64,000 nt of DNA from a bacterium. GTDB lineage: Bacteria > Krumholzibacteriota > Krumholzibacteriia > LZORAL124-64-63. Location: positions 64,001-128,000 of the forward strand of contig JANOEP010000066.1 in assembly GCA_031441465.1 (NCBI GenBank). Direction: 5' to 3'. Below, piece by piece: positions 1-9,301 of the stretch (positions within the stretch are counted from its first letter, which is position 1; the number at the start of each line of letters is the position of its first letter). A model generated the notes under the pieces. It worked only from the letters and a program-made list of their open reading frames with translations. It ran no database searches and was not told where the DNA came from. The position numbers were made by a program, and so were the translations under genes.

Positions 1-1698
1 TCCTTCACGGGCGACGCCAGCTTCTCGCGGCGGTTGAGCCTGGGCGACGAGCCCCGCACCCGCGAGTGGCAGTTCCAGTGGAACCACCGGCAGGACGCGC
101 TCTTCGACGCCTACCAGTTCCAGACGAGCCTGAACATGTCCAGCCGCACGATCAGCCGCGAGGATCTGCTGAACGACGTGGGCGCCATGGATCAGATCAG
201 CGGGCAGCAGACCTCCACCGCCCGTGTCAGCCGCAACTGGTCGCTCGTCAGCGCCTCGTTGAACTTCAAGCGCGACGAGTACGTCAACAAGGAGGACGGC
301 GATCTCGGCACCAACAACCTGGTCGCCTCCCAGGCGTTCCCGAATCTCTCGCTGAACTTCAAGAGCATGTCGCTGCTGCCCCAGTTGCGCCCGGGGCTCC
401 GGGGCAACTTCCTGGGAGACGTCCTGCGCAGCACGTATTTCCGCAACTCCTGGAGCTTCAACACGCAGACGCGGACCAACGAGACCACGGACAACGCGGT
501 CCACGCGGCCAGCGGCAGCGCGTCCCTCGACTTCAAGCAGCAGCGGCTGCTCTTCTTCACCGCCAGCACGGGCGTGAGCGCCACGCACCGGTGGAACCGC
601 GCCACGACCGACGGCACGCTCTACACCCTCGACCCCGTGGACTCGAACTACGTGGCGCGGGAGGTGCGCGAGCGCAGCGAGGAGACCTCGACCAACCTGT
701 CGATCAACAGCAGCCTGAACACGACCCTCTACGGCGTCGTGCGGCCCAACCTCGGCAGCCTGAGCGCCGTTCGCCACACGCTGCGCCTCGGGATCGGCCA
801 CCAGCTCACGCCGGCGATCTCCGGCCGCCAGGGCCGCAGCGAGTCCTTCAGCCTCAGCCTGGGCAACCGCTTCGACGTGAAGCTCCGCGGCGCCGCCGCC
901 GGCGATTCGATCGCCCCCGACCGCAAGCTCGACGGCGTCCTGGACTGGGGCCTGAGCAGCGGGTACACGCCGGGCGCCGCTCCCGGTCGGCGCTGGGGCG
1001 TCGTCAACAGTTCCCTGACGGTGAAGCCCGGCGAGGCGGCCGCGCTCAAGATCACGGTGAACCAGACCTTCGACCCTGCGGCGCGCCGCGTCACGGGCAC
1101 GCGGTTCTCCTACGGCTTCGGCTTCTCCGGCCGCGTCGATACCGGCGGCCGGGTTTCCGCCATCACCGCCGAGAAGAGCCGGGCGATCGACCGTCTCGGC
1201 GCCGCCGCGGACAGCGCCGTGGTCGAACTAGTCGGCGACGAGGGGGAGCCGGGGGCGGGGGTGCCGGCCGACGAGGGCGACTTCCCCGGATTCGGGCAAC
1301 TCGGCGGCGGGGAGAGGGGCGACGCGGGACGCGACCTGACCGAAGGCGGGCGTTTCCTGCCCTGGCGGGTCAACAGCAGCCTGTCCTACAGCCGCAACCA
1401 CCTGACCGACGACACGACCGCCCGGCTGGGGCTCAGCGCGAACCTGACCGTCACCCGCAACTGGGACCTGGCCTGGCGCGGCACCTACGACTTCGAGGAG
1501 GGCACCCTCACCAGCCAGTCCTGGAACCTGGTCCGCGACCTCCATTGCTGGCAGATGCGCTTCTCCCGCACGGTGAACGCCGTGGACTCCCAGTTCGGCT
1601 TCATCATCTCCCTGAAGGCCATCCCCGACGTCAAGGTGACCCGGGGCAAGTCGGACCTGGTCGGGGGTTACGGCCAGATGACCGGGGGTATCTTCTAA
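1..1698 (+). CDS. lptD: Putative LPS-assembly outer-membrane protein LptD, 3' part (5' end outside window)
   Basis: Frame open from base 1; amphipathic beta-strand pattern; C-terminal 'RDLHCWQMRF...SLKAIPDVK' resembles FCB-type putative LptD. Confidence 0.7.
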   Translation, partial: SFTGDASFSRRLSLGDEPRTREWQFQWNHRQDALFDAYQFQTSLNMSSRTISREDLLNDVGAMDQISGQQTSTARVSRNWSLVSASLNFKRDEYVNKEDGDLGTNNLVASQAFPNLSLNFKSMSLLPQLRPGLRGNFLGDVLRSTYFRNSWSFNTQTRTNETTDNAVHAASGSASLDFKQQRLLFFTASTGVSATHRWNRATTDGTLYTLDPVDSNYVAREVRERSEETSTNLSINSSLNTTLYGVVRPNLGSLSAVRHTLRLGIGHQLTPAISGRQGRSESFSLSLGNRFDVKLRGAAAGDSIAPDRKLDGVLDWGLSSGYTPGAAPGRRWGVVNSSLTVKPGEAAALKITVNQTFDPAARRVTGTRFSYGFGFSGRVDTGGRVSAITAEKSRAIDRLGAAADSAVVELVGDEGEPGAGVPADEGDFPGFGQLGGGERGDAGRDLTEGGRFLPWRVNSSLSYSRNHLTDDTTARLGLSANLTVTRNWDLAWRGTYDFEEGTLTSQSWNLVRDLHCWQMRFSRTVNAVDSQFGFIISLKAIPDVKVTRGKSDLVGGYGQMTGGIF

Positions 1699-1913
1699 GT
1701 TGTTCCGTCGCAAGCGTGTGCGATCCTGACCGGAACCGGCGGCGGCGCCCCGGCACGCCACCGGAGCGGGCGCTTGCCTGCTCGCGGCGGTCCTGGTATC
1801 ATGTTGCAGGAGTGAGGGAACCGGCCGGCCGGCCGGGTGTTCTCCCCGAATTCGGCGGAGCGGCGGCGGCGAGCTGCCGCGGTTTTCTGTACCACGGCAC
1901 GAAACGAGCCGAG

Positions 1914-3269
1914 ATGACCACTAACTCCCGAGCCGACCTGCGCGCCGTGACGACAGCGCTCGTCACCCTGCTGCTGTTGTCGTCCGTGCCCGTCGCGCTG
2001 AGCCAGCAGACGGATCCCAGCTGGCAGCCCGTGAACATCGTCTACCTCGGCGACGTCCACGGGAAATTCGAACCCTGTGGCTGACACGGCAACCCGCGCG
2101 GCGGCGTGGCCCGGCGGGCCACCTTCATCGACGAGACCTGGAACCTGGGCCAGCCCGTGCTGATGCTCGACGCCGGCGACCTGTTCGGCGTGCGTTCCCG
2201 CATGGAGCGCGAGCAGACGCGGTTCCTCTGCGAACTGACCCGGGAGTTCGGTTACGACGCCATCGGGCTGGGCGAGTACGACCTCAACTACGGTCTGGCG
2301 TTCCTGCGCGAGATGATCCAGACCTACGAGCTGCCCTTCACCAGCGCCAACGTCCGCGACGCGGCCGGCGGCAAGCTGATCCTGCCCGAGTACCTGCTGG
2401 TCGAGCGCGGTGGCGCGATGTTCGGCATCTGCTCGGTGATGGACCCCGCGCAATCCATCATGACCATGTCCGCGCAGGAGGAGAGCTTCCTCATCGACGA
2501 CCCGGCGACGGTCCTACGCGACCTGCTGCCGCGGATGCGCGCGGCGGGCGCCAAGACCATCGTCCTGCTGGCGCACCTCGGGGATACGGTGTCGGAGGAA
2601 CTCCTCAAACAGGTCCCCGGCATCGACGTCTGCGTCGTGGGCCACACCCAGCAGCCCTACCGGACCGAGCGCGTCGTGGACCAGACCGCGTTCCTGGCGT
2701 CCTCCTTCGAGGGCCGTTACGTCGGTCGGGCCGAGTGCTTCTTCGGCACTGCCGGCCGGCTCGAGGCCATCGACGTGACGATCGGGGATCTCGGCAAGGA
2801 AGTGGCCGACGACCCGGTGATGGTCGAGCGGGTCGAAGCCGTGAAGCAGAAGCTCGAACTGGCGCGGCTCGCCGCGCGCGGCCCCTACCAGCCCGTCCAG
2901 GGCTCGGCCGACGAGAAGTTCCTGACCGAGCGGGAGTGCCGCAAGTGCCACCAGGCGGTGTGGGAGCAGTTGCGCACCACGCCCCATTCCGCGGCCTTGG
3001 GCACGCTGGCCCGCAAGGGCCAGTCCGACAGCCCCGAGTGCCTGGTCTGCCACACCACCGGCTACGTGCACATCGGCGGCTACGACGACCGGCCGCCCGG
3101 CAACACGCTGGGCAACGTCCAGTGCGAGGCCTGCCACGGCTACGGCACCGAGCACAGCCGCGACGGGAAGTGGGCGGCCCGGGCGCGCAGTTCCTGCGTC
3201 ACCTGTCACGACCAGCAGAACAGCCCGAATTTCGACTATGAAACGTACTGGGCCAAGATCAAGCACTGA
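1914..3269 (+). CDS. Secreted UshA/5'-nucleotidase-like metallophosphoesterase-fold domain fused to a tetraheme cytochrome c; probable selenoprotein (TGA 2082-2084 = Sec57, motif C-G-U)
   Basis: ORFs 66..2084 and 2106..3269 share a frame. Read-through gives signal peptide + GDVHGKFEPCG-U-HGNPRGGVARRATF + DAGD + GEYD + GHT + four CxxCH (CRKCH, CLVCH, CEACH, CVTCH). Hairpin follows the TGA. Confidence 0.82.
2094..2109 (+). promoter_or_regulatory. Putative bacterial SECIS hairpin 1
   Basis: CCGCGC-GGCG-GCGTGG: 6-bp stem (one G-U), G-first loop starting 15 nt after the in-frame TGA. Confidence 0.65.
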
Positions 3270-4050
3270 CCCGCGGTGCGCCGCGGCGATCGCCGGTGCC
3301 GTCGCCCTGCTGGCGCTCTTCGCGCCGGCCGGGGCGACGGCCCTCGACGTGTTCACGCTATGGCGTCGCGCCGAAGCCCCGCTGTCGCTGGCCGTCGGGG
3401 ACCGGGTCGACTACAACCGCACCACGCTCGAAGCCGGCCGCCGCACGACGGAACTGATCCGCGTCCAGTGCGTGGCGGACGGGCCCGACGGCTGGCTGCT
3501 GGAGATCCTGCCCCTCGAAGCGACGTCGCGCGGACTCGCGCCGCGTCCGGGGGAGGGCCTGCGCCTGGTCCTGTCGCACGACGTCTCCCGCCGCGAGGGT
3601 GATCTCGCCGGGCTCGTGCGGCGCGTCGTGCAGTGGAACGAGGGACGCAGCCGCGCCCTGGACCCGGGGGAGTGGCGTGAGGACCCGCTGACGGCCTCGC
3701 TGCTGGATGTGGATTTTCAGCCCGACGACGTGACGGCGCAGGGAGCGACCACCCGGGTCGTCGGCGGTGTCGACCTGCTCTGCAGCCAGTTCACGCTGGT
3801 GGCCGCCGACACCGCACGAATCACGCTGCCCCGGGGCGAGATGATCCAGATCCATCGGCGGGAGATCAGCGCCGCGGTGCACCCCGGCGTGCCGTTCCTG
3901 GGCCTCGCCTTCGCGGCGGAGCGCTCCGAGACGAGCGCCCAGGTGATCCCGGCCGGCCGGCGCAGTCCGCCGCCGCCGACCCAGAAGGTCGAGACCATGG
4001 AACTCGTCGGCTACGGTCGCGATGCGGCGCCCGTGCTGGCCGGGAGTTGA
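3238..4050 (+). CDS. Hypothetical secreted protein
   Basis: Signal-peptide-like N-terminus, host codon usage, coupled to upstream gene; start uncertain. Confidence 0.6.
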   Translation: MKRTGPRSSTDPRCAAAIAGAVALLALFAPAGATALDVFTLWRRAEAPLSLAVGDRVDYNRTTLEAGRRTTELIRVQCVADGPDGWLLEILPLEATSRGLAPRPGEGLRLVLSHDVSRREGDLAGLVRRVVQWNEGRSRALDPGEWREDPLTASLLDVDFQPDDVTAQGATTRVVGGVDLLCSQFTLVAADTARITLPRGEMIQIHRREISAAVHPGVPFLGLAFAAERSETSAQVIPAGRRSPPPPTQKVETMELVGYGRDAAPVLAGS

Positions 4051-4080
4051 ACCGAGCGGTGCGATGTGTTATGATGAATC

Positions 4081-4926
4081 ATGTTGTCGCGTGAACTGAC
4101 CGAACTCCAGGAACAGGCCCGCCTCCACCTGTTGCGGCGCAACGCCCCCTGTCAGGCGCAGGAACTCGCACGCCATCTCTTCGGCCCCGAGCGTCACGAG
4201 ACTCCGGAGGCGGTGCTGGTGGTGCGCAAGCTGCTGGAGAGCCTGCCGGACGTCACGCGCTCTCACGACGGCCGCTGGATCGCCCTGGATGCCCCCTTCC
4301 TCGACGTGCCCCTCGGCGCCGCCCGGCTGGTGGCGGTCGATCTGGAAACGACCGGCAGCCTGATCGGGGTGGACTGCATCATCGAGGTCGGGCTCGCGGT
4401 CTGGGAGTCCGGTCAGGTGGTCCAGCAGTTCAGCAGCCTGGTCCACAACACGCGCCGGGTCTCGCCGCGCATCCGCAAGCTCACGGGCATCGAACCCAAC
4501 CAGCTGCACGAGGCGCCCCCCTTCGAGGAGGTGGCGCCGGTGGTGGCGGATCTGCTGCGCGGCGCCCACGCCTTCGTCGCCCACGACGTCCGCTTCGACC
4601 TGAATTTCCTGCGCTGGGAACTCGAGCGCCTGGGCCACGACCTGCCCGAGATGCCGGGCCTCTGCACGCTGCAGCTCGCGCAGCTGCTGTGGCCCAGCCA
4701 CGACGGCTGGCGCCTGCAGGACCTGGCCGGTTCCTTCTCCGTCACCCATCGTCATCCCCACCGAGCCGGGGAGGACGCCCTGGCGACCGCCGGCGTGCTC
4801 GCGCATGCCGTCGCCGACGCCGCCGCCATCGGTGCGGTCACCCTCGCCGACCTCTTCCGCCTGCCCGCGCTCGTCGCGGTCGACGACGGACGCGACGAGC
4901 TGTTCGCCGCCGACGCCGCCGGCTGA
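4081..4926 (+). CDS. DEDDh 3'-5' exonuclease (DNA pol III epsilon/DnaQ-like)
   Basis: VDLETTG, FVAHDVRFD and HRAGEDA motifs. Confidence 0.88.
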   Translation: MLSRELTELQEQARLHLLRRNAPCQAQELARHLFGPERHETPEAVLVVRKLLESLPDVTRSHDGRWIALDAPFLDVPLGAARLVAVDLETTGSLIGVDCIIEVGLAVWESGQVVQQFSSLVHNTRRVSPRIRKLTGIEPNQLHEAPPFEEVAPVVADLLRGAHAFVAHDVRFDLNFLRWELERLGHDLPEMPGLCTLQLAQLLWPSHDGWRLQDLAGSFSVTHRHPHRAGEDALATAGVLAHAVADAAAIGAVTLADLFRLPALVAVDDGRDELFAADAAG

Positions 4927-4966
4927 ACGGCCGGCCCCCCCGCGGAACTCTTCTCGCCCTCGGTGG

Positions 4967-4995
4967 TTGACGCGGACGCCGCGATGTCATAGGAT
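4967..4995 (+). promoter_or_regulatory. Putative sigma70 promoter
   Basis: TTGACG-17 bp-TAGGAT upstream of the small gene at 5071. Confidence 0.5.
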
Positions 4996-5070
4996 GCCCG
5001 ACGAGTTGCGATGAGACGCTGTGGGCCGGTGGTCTGCAGTCTGCGGATCGCCGGGATCAAGGAGGATACC

Positions 5071-5253
5071 GTGCAGCGACACAGGGAAGAAGCTGGCGTG
5101 CTGGTCCGGGACAAATCATTCGTGAAGTTCGAACGCCTGCTGGCCAAGGCCGAGGCCGAGGGCCGCATCGACGGCGACTACAAGTGCCTGGTGTGCGGCA
5201 TGCGGTATTCCCAGAAGGACGAGGCCGAGATCTGCTGCAAGATCCTTCCGTGA
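5071..5253 (+). CDS. Small zinc-finger-like protein (60 aa)
   Basis: AAGGAGG RBS before GTG 5071; YKCLVCG...EICC motif. Confidence 0.6.
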   Translation: MQRHREEAGVLVRDKSFVKFERLLAKAEAEGRIDGDYKCLVCGMRYSQKDEAEICCKILP

Positions 5254-5299
5254 CCTCAGCCTGGCTCCCCGGTCGGGCCGACGGGATCCGGTGCGCATC

Positions 5300-5824
5300 A
5301 TGACCATCCTGCAATACTGTTCCGTCTGCAAGACGGAATACGACATGGCTGTCGTCCCCACCGCCGACGGGGACGACGACGGCGTCGTCTGGCTGCAGTG
5401 CCCGAAATGCAAGGGATTCCTGCCGAAGGTGAGTTCGAGCCTGGCGCTGCGCGGCGGCGGTTCCGCGGCGGCGGCGCCCGCGAGCGCTGAGGGCGCCATC
5501 GACAGTTTCGACGACCACCACGCCGACGACGATCCTGATGACGACCTCGCCGGCGAGTCGCCGCGCGCGGCGTCGGCGCCGGCGGCTGTCGGCGCCCTGA
5601 CCGACGAGGCGGACCCGCTCGCCGACCTGGACCTCGAGACGGCGGTGCCCTACCGCCCGTGGCAGACCTACGCCGAGGGGGATGTGATCCATCACCTGGC
5701 CTGGGACGATTACGGTCTGGTGGTCGGGAAGGAAACGCTGCCGGGCAACCGGCGGGTCGTGATGGTCCGCTTCGCATCGGCCGGCATGGTGCGCTTGATC
5801 GAACAGGACGGCGTGGGGCCGTGA
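5300..5824 (+). CDS. Hypothetical protein: N-terminal zinc ribbon, acidic linker, C-terminal SH3/Tudor-like domain
   Basis: CSVC...CPKC; D-rich linker; 'YAEGDVIHHLAWDDYGLVVGK...VRF'. Confidence 0.65.
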   Translation: MTILQYCSVCKTEYDMAVVPTADGDDDGVVWLQCPKCKGFLPKVSSSLALRGGGSAAAAPASAEGAIDSFDDHHADDDPDDDLAGESPRAASAPAAVGALTDEADPLADLDLETAVPYRPWQTYAEGDVIHHLAWDDYGLVVGKETLPGNRRVVMVRFASAGMVRLIEQDGVGP

Positions 5825-6690
5825 GCGGAATGGTCGGGCGCTGCGCGCTGACTGCCGCCTTCTGCTCGCTGCTCGTGTCGGCCGCCGGGGCCGCGGCGCC
5901 CTGGGACGACGACCTGCCCTGGCCCTTCCTCGACGACGGCCGCGCCTTCCGCGTCGCCGCTTCCCGCTTCGACGATCCGGCCTCGGGCTGGAGCCTCGGC
6001 GTGCTGGAGATCGCGACCGTCCTGCGGCGCGACGCCGGCGGCGTCGCCTACCTGCGATGGCCCCACCTGAACTTCGCGAGCGGCGAACAACCGGTCCTGG
6101 TCCGCTGGCCGGACGTCGCCGGCGAGGGCGCGCCCGCGGGTTGGCCGGGGGAGACGCAGGTTTCCGGCTGGGGGCGGCCGGCGGCGGGTTACCTCGGCCG
6201 GACGAAGGCTCCCCTGCTGGGGCCGCTGGCGTGCGGGGCCGAACTCGCCCTGCCCTTCGCCGCCAATTCCCTGTATCCCTTCGCCGCGCGCAGCATCGCG
6301 CTGCGCCTGCAGGCGCGGCGCGCGTGGCGGCTCACCGAGCGGGTCGCTCTGGACGTCGGCGGCGGCCGCACGTGGAACCTGGGTGCGGCGGGTGATGTGC
6401 TCGCTCCGGCCGCGTTCCCCGAGCGGGGCGAGTGGTCGGCGGGGCTCGCCTGGCGGCCGGCGCCCTCGACGGTGGTCGGGCTGACCGCGGTGCGCGGCGG
6501 CGGCGGGCGCGACAGCCGCCGTTGGCGCCTGGCGCTCGAGTTGCCGCTCCATGGTGAAATCCGCCTGCAGGCCGGCTGGACCCGCGAGTTCGCCGGCGCC
6601 TCCGACCGCTTGTACCGCGACGGCTTCTCGCTGGGACTCGCCCTGCCCGCGCTCGCGACTCCCGACGGGAATGTCGACGGGGCGCCTTGA
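5821..6690 (+). CDS. Hypothetical exported, possibly outer-membrane, protein
   Basis: GTGA overlap with upstream stop; signal peptide; W/aromatic-rich beta-strand pattern. Confidence 0.55.
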   Translation: MSGMVGRCALTAAFCSLLVSAAGAAAPWDDDLPWPFLDDGRAFRVAASRFDDPASGWSLGVLEIATVLRRDAGGVAYLRWPHLNFASGEQPVLVRWPDVAGEGAPAGWPGETQVSGWGRPAAGYLGRTKAPLLGPLACGAELALPFAANSLYPFAARSIALRLQARRAWRLTERVALDVGGGRTWNLGAAGDVLAPAAFPERGEWSAGLAWRPAPSTVVGLTAVRGGGGRDSRRWRLALELPLHGEIRLQAGWTREFAGASDRLYRDGFSLGLALPALATPDGNVDGAP

Positions 6691-6770
6691 CAGCCGCGCG
6701 AACTCGCTGTATCAAATAGCGTGAACATGGATATCAGAATCACGTTACCCCCAGCGGGAGGTCCGAACAC

Positions 6771-7265
6771 GTGTCGATCCGTAAAGAAGTGGCGCCCGAA
6801 GCGGTCAAAGAGAAGGAACGGGGCTTCCAGAAGTTCATCCAGACGCGCGGGCTGAAGACCACCAAGCAGCGCAACACCATCGTCAGCGTCTTCTTCGGCC
6901 TGAAGGGGCACGTCTCGGTCGAAGAACTGCTGCGCGAGGTCAAGGCCGTCAACCCGCGGATCGGCTACGCGACCGTCTACCGCACCCTGCACCTGCTGGT
7001 CGAGAGCAGGTTGGTGGAGGAGCGCCGGTTCGGCGACGGCCTCGCCCGTTACGAGGGCCACTCGGAGGTCGAGCACCACGACCACATGATCTGCCAGAAC
7101 TGCGGCCTGATCTCCGAGTTCTACAACCCGCAGCTCGAGGCCCTGCAGGAGAAGCTCGCGGCCGAGCACGCGTTCACGATCCATCGCCACCGGCTGGAGC
7201 TTTACGGCACCTGTGCGGACTCCGAGTCCTGCAACAACCGCAAACGCGTCCAGGATGGCAACTAG
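6771..7265 (+). CDS. fur: Fur-family transcriptional regulator
   Basis: TKQR, ATVYRTL, HHDHMIC-x2-CG and ELYGTC motifs; TTGACA -35 element at 6687. Confidence 0.93.
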   Translation: MSIRKEVAPEAVKEKERGFQKFIQTRGLKTTKQRNTIVSVFFGLKGHVSVEELLREVKAVNPRIGYATVYRTLHLLVESRLVEERRFGDGLARYEGHSEVEHHDHMICQNCGLISEFYNPQLEALQEKLAAEHAFTIHRHRLELYGTCADSESCNNRKRVQDGN

Positions 7266-7328
7266 CTCCACCGTTCAACCAGGGTGTCCGGCGCGCGACG
7301 CACCACGCCCGAGTCCGGGGATGTCCAG

Positions 7329-8477
7329 ATGGAACCGACGGGCTGGCTCCGCGTCCTGGTCGATCACGCCGCCCTGCGCGACAACGCGCGGCGTTTCCGT
7401 GAACTGATCCCGCCGGCCTGCCGCCTGCTGACGGTCGTGAAGTCCGACGGTTATGGCCACGGGCTGCTGCCGGCGGCCGGCGCGTTCCTGGACGGCGGCG
7501 CCGACCTGCTCGGTGTGCACACGGTCGAGGAGGCCGCGGCCCTGCGCCGCGGCGGCGTCGCGGCGCCGGTGCTGATCCTCGGACCGGTGAACGCGGCAGG
7601 CGCCGCGCTCGCGGCCCGTCTCGGCGTCGAAGCGACCGTGGGTTCGCTGGCGGGCCTCGACGCCGCCCGATCCGCGGCCGATCCCGCGCACCCCCTGCGG
7701 ATCCATCTCAAGGTCGAGACCGGCGTCAACCGCCAGGGCATCGTCGAAGGCGAGTTGGACGCGGCGCTCGCCGTGCTGGACGGCACCCCCGGGTTGGAAC
7801 TCGTCGGCGTCTCCAGCCACTACGCGGACATCGAGGACACCACCGACCATACCTGGGCCCGCGTCCAGACCGCGCGGTACGAAGCATGGTTGGCCCGATT
7901 GGCCGCTCACGGCCGCGGCGAACTGCAGAGGCACATGTCGTGCAGCGCCGCGACGATCCTCTGGCCCCAGGACCGGCGCGACATCGTGCGCGTCGGCATC
8001 GCCGCGTACGGCGTCTGGCCCTCGCGCGAGACGCTGGTCTCGGCCCGCGCCGCCGGCACCTCCGGCCTGGACCTGCGCCCGGCGGCGACCTGGATCTGCG
8101 GCATCGCCCAGGTCCGCGACGTGCCCGCCGGCGAGACCGTGGGCTACGGGCGGACCTGGCGGGCGCCGGTCGCCTCGCGCATCGCCGTGCTGCCGCTGGG
8201 TTACGCGGACGGCTATCCGCGGCGCCTCTCCAACCGGGCCCACGTGCTGGTGCGCGGCCAACGCGCGCCGGTGCGCGGTCGGATCTGCATGAACCTGACC
8301 ATGATCGACGTGACGCACGTCGCGGGCGCGGCGGCGGGGGACGACGCGGTGCTGCTCGGATCCCAGGGCGACGACCGCATCGATGCCGAGCTGTTCGCCG
8401 ATTGGCTCGACACGATTCCCTACGAAGTGCTGACCCTGCCCGGCTCCAGTTGGGAGCGGGTCGTCGGCGGGAGGTGA
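7329..8477 (+). CDS. alr: Alanine racemase
   Basis: VVKSDGYGHG (PLP lysine), HLKVETG-x-NRQG, GYADGYPR, GRICMN, TIPYE. Confidence 0.95.
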   Translation: MEPTGWLRVLVDHAALRDNARRFRELIPPACRLLTVVKSDGYGHGLLPAAGAFLDGGADLLGVHTVEEAAALRRGGVAAPVLILGPVNAAGAALAARLGVEATVGSLAGLDAARSAADPAHPLRIHLKVETGVNRQGIVEGELDAALAVLDGTPGLELVGVSSHYADIEDTTDHTWARVQTARYEAWLARLAAHGRGELQRHMSCSAATILWPQDRRDIVRVGIAAYGVWPSRETLVSARAAGTSGLDLRPAATWICGIAQVRDVPAGETVGYGRTWRAPVASRIAVLPLGYADGYPRRLSNRAHVLVRGQRAPVRGRICMNLTMIDVTHVAGAAAGDDAVLLGSQGDDRIDAELFADWLDTIPYEVLTLPGSSWERVVGGR

Positions 8478-8479
8478 CC

Positions 8480-8935
8480 GTGTTCGAGACGTTGCGCAAG
8501 CTGATGACGCAGGACGTGACGGCCGTGGCGGGCGACGCCGCCAACGGCGACCACCGCCGCCGGCTGGCCACCGCCGCGCTGTTGCTGGAAGTCGCCTGGG
8601 CCGACGACACCGCCGACGGCGCCGAGAAGGCCTCGATCGCGGGCATCCTCCGCGACCGGTTCGAACTCGACGCGCAGGAGTCGTCCGCGCTCATGGACGC
8701 CGCCGAGGCGCACCGCCACGACGCGACGGACCTCTACAACACCACGGTCCTGCTGCGCGCCGCCCTGTCGCGCCACGAGCTGCGCGACGTGCTGGAAGTG
8801 CTGTGGCGCGTCGTGTATGCCGACGGCGTGCTCGACGCCCACGAGGACGCCCTGCTGCACCGCATCGCCCGCATGCTCGGCCTCGACCACGCCGAACTCA
8901 TCGCGCTGAAGCTCAAGGTGCGCGACGGCAGTTGA
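8480..8935 (+). CDS. TerB-family (tellurite resistance-like) protein
   Basis: LATAALLLEVAWAD ... LWRVVYADGVLDAHE; GGAGG RBS. Confidence 0.85.
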   Translation: MFETLRKLMTQDVTAVAGDAANGDHRRRLATAALLLEVAWADDTADGAEKASIAGILRDRFELDAQESSALMDAAEAHRHDATDLYNTTVLLRAALSRHELRDVLEVLWRVVYADGVLDAHEDALLHRIARMLGLDHAELIALKLKVRDGS

Positions 8936-9003
8936 CGATCCCCTGCGCTTCCTCATGCACCGGACCGAGCGATTCCTGGTATGTGGGAATCGGGCGGTTC
9001 GCT

Positions 9004-9042
9004 TGTGGGCAGATTCAAAGTTGGAGTTTGGATTTGCCCACA
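9004..9042. repeat. 16-bp imperfect inverted repeat (intergenic)
   Basis: TGTGGGCAGATTCAAA-7 nt-TTTGGATTTGCCCACA; both mismatches are G-U compatible. Confidence 0.75.
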
Positions 9043-9201
9043 GTGCGCGGCGACCGTGTACGGACGAGCTGCGCTTTCGTTCAGCCGAGGTACCGCGGCG
9101 GACGGCCGATGTACTCCCCGGTACGCAGCCGCGGCGGGACTCCCGGTCGTTCATGGTTGTAATATATTGCTAATTCATCAATTAAGGGCAATCCCCCTTC
9201 C

Positions 9202-9217
9202 TGGCATCCCCCGTGCA
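9202..9217 (+). promoter_or_regulatory. Putative sigma54 (-24/-12) promoter
   Basis: TGGCAT-CCCCC-GTGCA (GG-N10-GC) after an AT-rich tract at 9155-9186. Confidence 0.5.
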
Positions 9218-9301
9218 GTCGGAGCCATCCACACGCTAGTCATGTCCCGCCGCCCCTGTGAGCATCCAGGCGGGACCGGGGTCGGAACGAGGGAGGCGAA
9301 C

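Noticed and set aside
6725..6750. Autoregulatory Fur box upstream of fur
   Set aside because: GGATATCAGAATCA only weakly resembles the consensus; not supportable
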